From: Flavobacteriales bacterium
GTDB taxonomy: Bacteria > Bacteroidota > Bacteroidia > Palsa-965
Length of the DNA stretch: 64,000 bases
Assembly: GCA_040377305.1 (NCBI GenBank)
Contig: JBEIPA010000005.1
Coordinates: 160,001-224,000, forward strand
Direction of reading: 5' to 3'
Both the position numbers and the translations under genes were made by a program. Shown here in pieces: positions 58,125 through 64,000 of the stretch (the stretch's first letter is position 1; each line of letters begins with the position of its first letter). The notes under the pieces were generated by a model that did no database searches, had not been told where the DNA came from, and saw nothing but the letters and a program-made list of their open reading frames with translations.

Positions 58125-59197
58125 TGAAGATGCACTCAAACTCCCGGTGGTCCGTGTCGGGTCTGTTCCCGATAGCTAACGGGACGCGACACCACCTCGT
58201 CCTGTTAGTTCTAATCCTTGTTCCTCTACTCTTCGCCTTCACAAGTGACGAAGGATCCGAAACGAGAAAGTCTCTTCCTCCAGGTTGCTTTGTTCGCGCC
58301 AGTAATCCGGCTAAAGGCTTAAGCAAAACAAAAAGCCAACTTTGTATCACCTTTAAGACTGCACAGGCTGGAATTGTTACAGACTCAATTGCGTTCAGTT
58401 ACAACGGTGTTAACGCGACCCTGCACCCCGACAAAAATGGAATTGCATGGACAACAGTACCCGCGACTAAAACCCGTTTCCAATTTTATCTCAACGACAA
58501 CTACTACGAAGTTTATTCTGATTCCATTGTGTTGAAAGGCGGTTACGTTACAGAAATGGACGTGTACTTTGGTGATGCAACAGGAGAAGTGATTTGCGAC
58601 AAGCCGGTGATTTATGTTTATCCGGCGCAATCACAACCCATGCACATTCAACTCGGTGTTAAGGGAACGCTGGGTTTCACTTATCCGCAGTATTATATTC
58701 CTGGACCGCTTGACAGCGCTGTACAAGGTTGGAGCTTTACGGCTGATCCCAACGGAACTATTCACCAGAATGGAAAAGAATACGATTATCTTTTCTGGGA
58801 TGCGAAAGTTCCAACGAAGCAATTCAACAATACAATTGGTTCCGGATTCTTTGTTCATCGCGACAGCCTTGTTCCATTCTTCGAGCGCACGCTCACACAA
58901 ATGGGGTTGAATGCACGCGAGCAACAGGATTTTATCACATACTGGTGTCCGTTGATGCAGAAAAATGAAACGAGTTTCGTGCACTTCATGTTCACCGAAG
59001 AATACGATTCAATTGCAACGATCAACATCACACCGAAGCCAGATCATCTGTTTCGTGTGTTCATGGTGTGGCGAGACGCGGATGCGTACGACTACACGGA
59101 AGTGCTTCCTCAGGAAATTCCTAAAGTGAATCGCGAAGGATTTACGGTTATCGAATGGGGAGGCGGGGAGATTCCTGCGGAATTCAGTGCGCAGTAG
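58124..59197 (+). CDS. Tandem paralog of 57114-58124
   Basis: TAATG overlap; shares YEVY.DSI, KPVIYVYP, YLFWDA, PKPDHLFRVFM and REGFTVIEWGG. Confidence 0.8.
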   Translation: MKMHSNSRWSVSGLFPIANGTRHHLVLLVLILVPLLFAFTSDEGSETRKSLPPGCFVRASNPAKGLSKTKSQLCITFKTAQAGIVTDSIAFSYNGVNATLHPDKNGIAWTTVPATKTRFQFYLNDNYYEVYSDSIVLKGGYVTEMDVYFGDATGEVICDKPVIYVYPAQSQPMHIQLGVKGTLGFTYPQYYIPGPLDSAVQGWSFTADPNGTIHQNGKEYDYLFWDAKVPTKQFNNTIGSGFFVHRDSLVPFFERTLTQMGLNAREQQDFITYWCPLMQKNETSFVHFMFTEEYDSIATINITPKPDHLFRVFMVWRDADAYDYTEVLPQEIPKVNREGFTVIEWGGGEIPAEFSAQ

Positions 59198-59236
59198 ACA
59201 GTGCGCAGTACGTGTTGGGTATAGACATTAGACATG

Positions 59237-59380
59237 CACCGCGGGCTGAAGCCACGCGGTTATCACTCTGATGTATGCGGGATAAATGGGAGTGGGAAGA
59301 AAAATTGCGCCGCAATTTTCCTTCCCCCTCCACCCAATAATATTGAATCTGAGTGATAACCGCTGGCTTCAGCCAGTGGA
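59237..59380. repeat. REPIN/MITE-like palindrome with GGCTGAAGCC hairpin ends
   Basis: Arms CCGCGGGCTGAAGCCACGCGGTTATCACTC / GAGTGATAACCGCTGGCTTCAGCCAGTGG; inner stem GGGAAGAAAAATTGCG-C-CGCAATTTTCCTTCCC. Confidence 0.85.
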
Positions 59381-59518
59381 ACTAACACCGCGAATCTCAG
59401 CTTAGATCAGGCTTCAGCCAGTGGAACTAACACCGCGAATCTCAGCTTAGATCAGGCTTCAGCCAGTGGAACTAACACCGCGAATCTCAGCTTAGATCAG
59501 TCCTCTGCCAGTGCAACT
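59365..59518. repeat. 45-bp tandem repeat, three identical copies plus a degenerate partial
   Basis: GGCTTCAGCCAGTGGAACTAACACCGCGAATCTCAGCTTAGATCA at 59365, 59410 and 59455, then gtcctctgccagtgcaact. Confidence 0.95.
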
Positions 59519-62500
59519 ACTGTATCACAAGTCTACTCGAAACCCGCTCTTCCTTCGTGCTCAGCACAACCATATACACTCCGCTCTCGAGGAAAGATAG
59601 ATCAACGTAACGGGTATCGTTCATTTCGTTCTGAAGCGAGTATGAATACACGATGTTGCCGAGCAGATCGAAAATCTCTACCGTTGCATCCTGACGTTCA
59701 TCAAGCGCAATGTTGAAGGAAACTAATCCGTCGGTTGGATTTGGATAAACTTCCATGCGTGCGTCAGCAGCGATGAGTGAATCCTCAATCGTGTTTGTGA
59801 ATCCTACCGTGAACTGCTGATAAATCTGTCCGCCAAAATCAGCGTTGAAGTTTTTCAGAATCACTGCACTTGTTGAACTCTTGAAACGCATGATGCCGTT
59901 TCCTTGAGCCGTATTCGCCCACCAGCTCAAACCGTCTTCACCGTAGTCCCACAAATTAAATTCGTAGCAATCGAACGGAAGTGTGATCGTATCGCGGTAC
60001 CAGGTGTTTGGTGCTGTTGCAGTTGCCGATGAAACAATTTGTCCGGCACTGTTCTTTAGTTCGTATCCGTTCTCCTGCCAGTAGTTGTTGCTTCTGAATT
60101 CTACAACAAACGTTGCAGGCATTACCAGCGGATAAGTGAACTTCGATTTCCAGGTATTGTTGTAGCTGTACTGATCTGTTCCGCCATTCGGAGAACTGAT
60201 GTCGAAGAAGAAATCCTGTGCGCCTGTTACCCAAGTAAATGGAGGAAGTGTAACCCAAGCAGTATCCAGGAAACCAAGATTTCCGTTCCACGTGTAAGTA
60301 TGCATGAGACTTCCCATTCCGTATTGAATGGTCAATGAAGTGAGCGGAGTTGAACCGTTGTTTCTGATCACGATAATCGGATCCATGCACACGGCATTCT
60401 TGCGCGACCACATCTGATCATTCGTTGGAGCAATTACATTTTCGATAGACGCATCTAACGTAAAGTTTGGTGCACCGTAGTAAACAATCTGATCTTCGAT
60501 CTGGTAGTAGCTCCACTCTCCGTTGTTGGTGTAAGCCTGCACGTTGTGGTCAAGTGTGATTGTATCTCCCGGTGTTGCATACGGAGTCAATTCGAAATCA
60601 TACGTCCATACTTCTGCACCCGGACACCAGTTTGCACGATCGTACACCCACGTTCCTCCTTGCGGATACAATGGATTCACATCGCAATTGTTTCTCCAAA
60701 CCAGTTGAGAGAATTGCTGGTTGCCATCTACGTAGTAGTAATGTGTCTTCGGACAAAACTCTGCGCAATTCGAAGGTGTATCCATTCCGTGACCAGTAAC
60801 GCGCGACTTCCAACGTGTTGTGACTGCATTCGGAAGCACAGGAACTTCCATAGGCACAAGGTGCGACTCGATCGGATTGTTCGTGTGACCGTAATCGAAA
60901 TTACCAGTGTAAATATTTTCAATGTCGATAACGTCGCGCGGTGGTGTTCCCACGAACATCATGAATTTCAAATCGAGAAGTTCCTGCCAGTTTCCTGCAG
61001 AGATGTGAACGGAGTCGTGCAACAAGCTCACGTAATCAGTTACGTCGAATGTCCATGTCCAACCGGTTCCGAGACTCAGGTTGATTCCGTAAGGCGTGAT
61101 GTAACGACCCAATTCGAATCGCTTCACTTCCGGGAACACATTGTAGTAATCGTATTCCGATTGGTAAATGGTAGTGTCAGGAGTTGCGTTGAGTGCAACC
61201 GGCCATCCAACAAGCGTGTCGGTACCCACTCCCGGGTTGTTGATTGAGTCGTGATACAACACAACCTGGAAAGGAATGTTCAGTGTGGAATCGATTACAA
61301 TAACTGAATCCACATACGAAACGTAAACACCTTGCTCGAACACCACGCGTGGTCGCACAAACGACTCTGTGAAATTCTTCGTGAGCTCTGAAGAATTCTT
61401 AAGTTCATTATTCACGTTAGAAAGAATTCCCGAAGGGTGAACAACTGCTGCAGAATCTACAACGGTTACGTTGTTACCATCGTCGAACTTGTATTGCATG
61501 ACCACGTTTGCAAAATTCGGATCAGAAGGTACGATTGGCGAATTCATGTATTGCGTAATCTCAACCGGAGTCAACACTTTGTTGAACACCGTGAATTCAT
61601 CCATGCGACCCATGAACGATTGTGACCCGCCCCACATTCCCTGTGAAAGTCGGAAGTTCGCGATGCCTGCCATTGAACGTGTCATTGCAGAACCTGTGTG
61701 CCATTGAACACCGTTGAGGTAAACAAGCATAGAACCTGTCGCCACGTTCTTCGTGAATGTCCAGTAGTTCCATTGCCCTTCTGTCTCGGCAGCTGTTGCA
61801 GCTTTATCAATACGATCATAAGAAGCGCCGCCAGAATTTCCTGCATCCCAGTACACACGACTGTTGCTCCACGGCACGTGCGCGTTTATGACACGTTGTC
61901 CCAGTGAATCAGTTGCTTCGAAACACGTTCCGTCCATGGGTTGCGTTGCTGCATCACCATAATGCCAGAAGGAAACGGTGATGAACGAATCGATCGTAGC
62001 CATTTCATTGGTGAATGGAATATCGACGTGTCCGCCCGGCATTGCGCTGATCGTGCGATCTGCATTTGCTTTTGTCAATGCAGATTTAAATGCAGTTGCA
62101 TCAGCAGAAACAAGATTATCTGTTAATGCGGTTAGATTATCGTACGTGATCTCTATCAGCAGATTCGAAATTCCATCCCAGTTGAATGCAGTGGTGAATT
62201 GCAGGCTGTTCCATCCGGTTGAAGAGAATGTTGTGTTCTGCGAGTACACCGAAGTGAATCCGCTGTTAGTAAACGTTGCGTTCGTGAGTGAATCAAGAAT
62301 TGTTGACTGAATGCGAATCGTCATGTTGCGTGTTGTTCCTCCAAGTGAATTGAGGAAGAACTGCAATCCGGTAATATCACCGGCAGTAACACCGGCAGCA
62401 GTAAGTTCACTTGCTTTCCAGAGGAACTGTGTGCGTGATACAGGTTGCGCTGCACCGAAAGGATAATTCGCCGTAACTGCGCCACTACCGATCGTATCTG

Positions 62501-62906
62501 CGCTCAGTGAAGTTGTGCTCGTGTGTACAATGAAATACTGCCAGAGTGAATCGTAGGCATACGTTGGTGTATTCGAGTACGCAATGCTGTCGGGTGCAGA
62601 ACCATTCACAGTAAGCATTGATTGAACAATACGCGATGAATCAAGCAAACCAGTGTGCTCATACACGTACGTGTTTGTGAGATAATCCCACTCTCCGCAC
62701 GCAGGACTTTGTGCAGGATTACACTTCAGCGTATACTTCATCAGGATCTTCTCATAACGCATGGTGTCTGAGGGGAACGTGAACCATGCATCCTGAGGAG
62801 ATCCGAACGTGAAGGTTTGAATCACAATAGTGTCGCCCGGCAGGTATTGTGCTTTAACACTTGTGAACAGTGCAATCGTTGCGAAAAGGAGTAGGAATTT
62901 TTTCAT
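59517..62906 (-). CDS. Peptide-N-glycosidase F-related protein with LamG-like domain and T9SS C-terminal domain
   Basis: CGEWDY, ELGRYITPYG, VTGHG, CAEFC, WVYDRANWCPG; LamG motifs W..WTF, VYLNG and GRMDEF; C-terminal VYPNPT...GVYMV. Confidence 0.85.
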   Translation of the reverse strand: MKKFLLLFATIALFTSVKAQYLPGDTIVIQTFTFGSPQDAWFTFPSDTMRYEKILMKYTLKCNPAQSPACGEWDYLTNTYVYEHTGLLDSSRIVQSMLTVNGSAPDSIAYSNTPTYAYDSLWQYFIVHTSTTSLSADTIGSGAVTANYPFGAAQPVSRTQFLWKASELTAAGVTAGDITGLQFFLNSLGGTTRNMTIRIQSTILDSLTNATFTNSGFTSVYSQNTTFSSTGWNSLQFTTAFNWDGISNLLIEITYDNLTALTDNLVSADATAFKSALTKANADRTISAMPGGHVDIPFTNEMATIDSFITVSFWHYGDAATQPMDGTCFEATDSLGQRVINAHVPWSNSRVYWDAGNSGGASYDRIDKAATAAETEGQWNYWTFTKNVATGSMLVYLNGVQWHTGSAMTRSMAGIANFRLSQGMWGGSQSFMGRMDEFTVFNKVLTPVEITQYMNSPIVPSDPNFANVVMQYKFDDGNNVTVVDSAAVVHPSGILSNVNNELKNSSELTKNFTESFVRPRVVFEQGVYVSYVDSVIVIDSTLNIPFQVVLYHDSINNPGVGTDTLVGWPVALNATPDTTIYQSEYDYYNVFPEVKRFELGRYITPYGINLSLGTGWTWTFDVTDYVSLLHDSVHISAGNWQELLDLKFMMFVGTPPRDVIDIENIYTGNFDYGHTNNPIESHLVPMEVPVLPNAVTTRWKSRVTGHGMDTPSNCAEFCPKTHYYYVDGNQQFSQLVWRNNCDVNPLYPQGGTWVYDRANWCPGAEVWTYDFELTPYATPGDTITLDHNVQAYTNNGEWSYYQIEDQIVYYGAPNFTLDASIENVIAPTNDQMWSRKNAVCMDPIIVIRNNGSTPLTSLTIQYGMGSLMHTYTWNGNLGFLDTAWVTLPPFTWVTGAQDFFFDISSPNGGTDQYSYNNTWKSKFTYPLVMPATFVVEFRSNNYWQENGYELKNSAGQIVSSATATAPNTWYRDTITLPFDCYEFNLWDYGEDGLSWWANTAQGNGIMRFKSSTSAVILKNFNADFGGQIYQQFTVGFTNTIEDSLIAADARMEVYPNPTDGLVSFNIALDERQDATVEIFDLLGNIVYSYSLQNEMNDTRYVDLSFLESGVYMVVLSTKEERVSSRLVIQ

Positions 62907-63046
62907 GGGAAAGGGTACAGTTATTGGGTATTTGCAGAGCTAAAAGTACGAAGGTTCCGAGCGAGGAGATTGACCAAAGATGGACGGATTTTGACCTCTG
63001 AAAACACACGTCCATTCACTAACTTTGGGTAAACCCACTTCTACCT

Positions 63047-64000
63047 ATGTACAAGCGCAGTTCACCGATATTACTAACCCTCTTGTCGTTCGGATTTCTG
63101 AATGCACAATCCACCCTCAACGAAAGCATCAATGCGGGCTTCGGTCACAATTTTGTCAATACACAGACGGCTCCGGCAGAACGTACAGGAATCAATGTAT
63201 TTCCTGTACTCGATATCATGGATCAGCTAAAACAAGGGGTAAATCCAGTATCACTTCGAAATGGAAATGATGAACTGCTCGCACTGGATACACTCATTGT
63301 TGGCTTAGTTCCGAATGATACACTTGTTATCACCGGCACCTGGACACACACCGGTCCAATCTGGGTTTTAGGAACAGGTGTTCTTATTTTCGACAACGCG
63401 AATGTCATTGACACCGGAGATGTGTATGTGTTTCAAACCGGCAAGTTGTTCGCCGATTCCAGCACATTTATCTTCCCGCAGAACTATTTCTACGAGCGAA
63501 GTTTGCTGATCGTGCAGAATGGTTATGCCAACTTCACGAACTGCTCGTTCAACTACAGCGGTCTGTCGCATAACCTCGTACTCGGACAAAACGGAACGCT
63601 TGACATGACCAACATTCATCAGAATGATTGGACTACCTGCGGCTTGTTCGGATCGCCAACACTTAATCTGCATGGATGTAATCTCTCCGGCGAATACATT
63701 CTGAACGATACCGCCACTGCGAATTTTGAATCAGCCGATTCTATCATACTCTGGCACGTGTTGCCACGCTACAGTCTGATCAATTACGGATTTCCCAATG
63801 GCAATTTCGTCACCGGTTATACATTCAACAATTCTACGCCGGGAGTTTCTGGTGTATCATACGCTACATCCGCCGACTCATGCAGTACGGTATGGTGGGC
63901 GATCATGCCCGAGAACGGAAGCGATGTTACACTTTCGAATTCCGACCTACGGTTAATCGGGTGTTTCTTCCGCTACGGTGATACAACATACGCCGCCGGA
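63047..64000 (+). CDS. Secreted beta-rich hypothetical protein (3' end runs off the window; absent from the ORF track)
   Basis: Manual translation MYKRSSPILLTLLSFGFLNAQSTLNESINAGFGHNF... stays open for 318 codons to the window edge. Confidence 0.75.
   Translation, partial: MYKRSSPILLTLLSFGFLNAQSTLNESINAGFGHNFVNTQTAPAERTGINVFPVLDIMDQLKQGVNPVSLRNGNDELLALDTLIVGLVPNDTLVITGTWTHTGPIWVLGTGVLIFDNANVIDTGDVYVFQTGKLFADSSTFIFPQNYFYERSLLIVQNGYANFTNCSFNYSGLSHNLVLGQNGTLDMTNIHQNDWTTCGLFGSPTLNLHGCNLSGEYILNDTATANFESADSIILWHVLPRYSLINYGFPNGNFVTGYTFNNSTPGVSGVSYATSADSCSTVWWAIMPENGSDVTLSNSDLRLIGCFFRYGDTTYAAG

Noticed and set aside
59365-59499. CRISPR array
   Set aside because: The three 45-bp units are fully identical with no unique spacers, and there are no cas genes in the window.

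Overview
This is a 64 kb chromosomal window from a Bacteroidota bacterium. The assignment rests on TAnnTTTG -7 promoter boxes, few Shine-Dalgarno sites, five type IX secretion (T9SS) cargo genes, a PorE-like lipoprotein and a long Bacteroidota-type SecA. Housekeeping genes include recX (partial), queE, a PduO-type adenosyltransferase, secA and prfC. They are interspersed with secreted or outer-membrane proteins (M13 peptidase, GH9, arylsulfotransferase, PNGase F-related protein, WD40-Omp85). A run of small co-oriented accessory genes follows secA and includes a rifampin ADP-ribosyltransferase (arr). I see no rRNA, tRNA, CRISPR array, transposase, integrase or prophage. The notable signal is intergenic. 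(1) An unannotated ~160-nt element at 45033-45190 has a 21-bp closing stem with G-U pairs and a possible pseudoknot; it is a candidate ncRNA or MITE. (2) A signal-peptide ORF sits directly upstream of secA, where secM lies in E. coli. (3) Several unrelated families of REP/REPIN-like palindromes occur, one bracketing a DUF559 nuclease gene and two anchoring tandem amplifications. (4) Many degenerate 7-9-nt periodic arrays lie at gene ends, often as inverted pairs. All product calls come from motif recognition by eye, not database searches.
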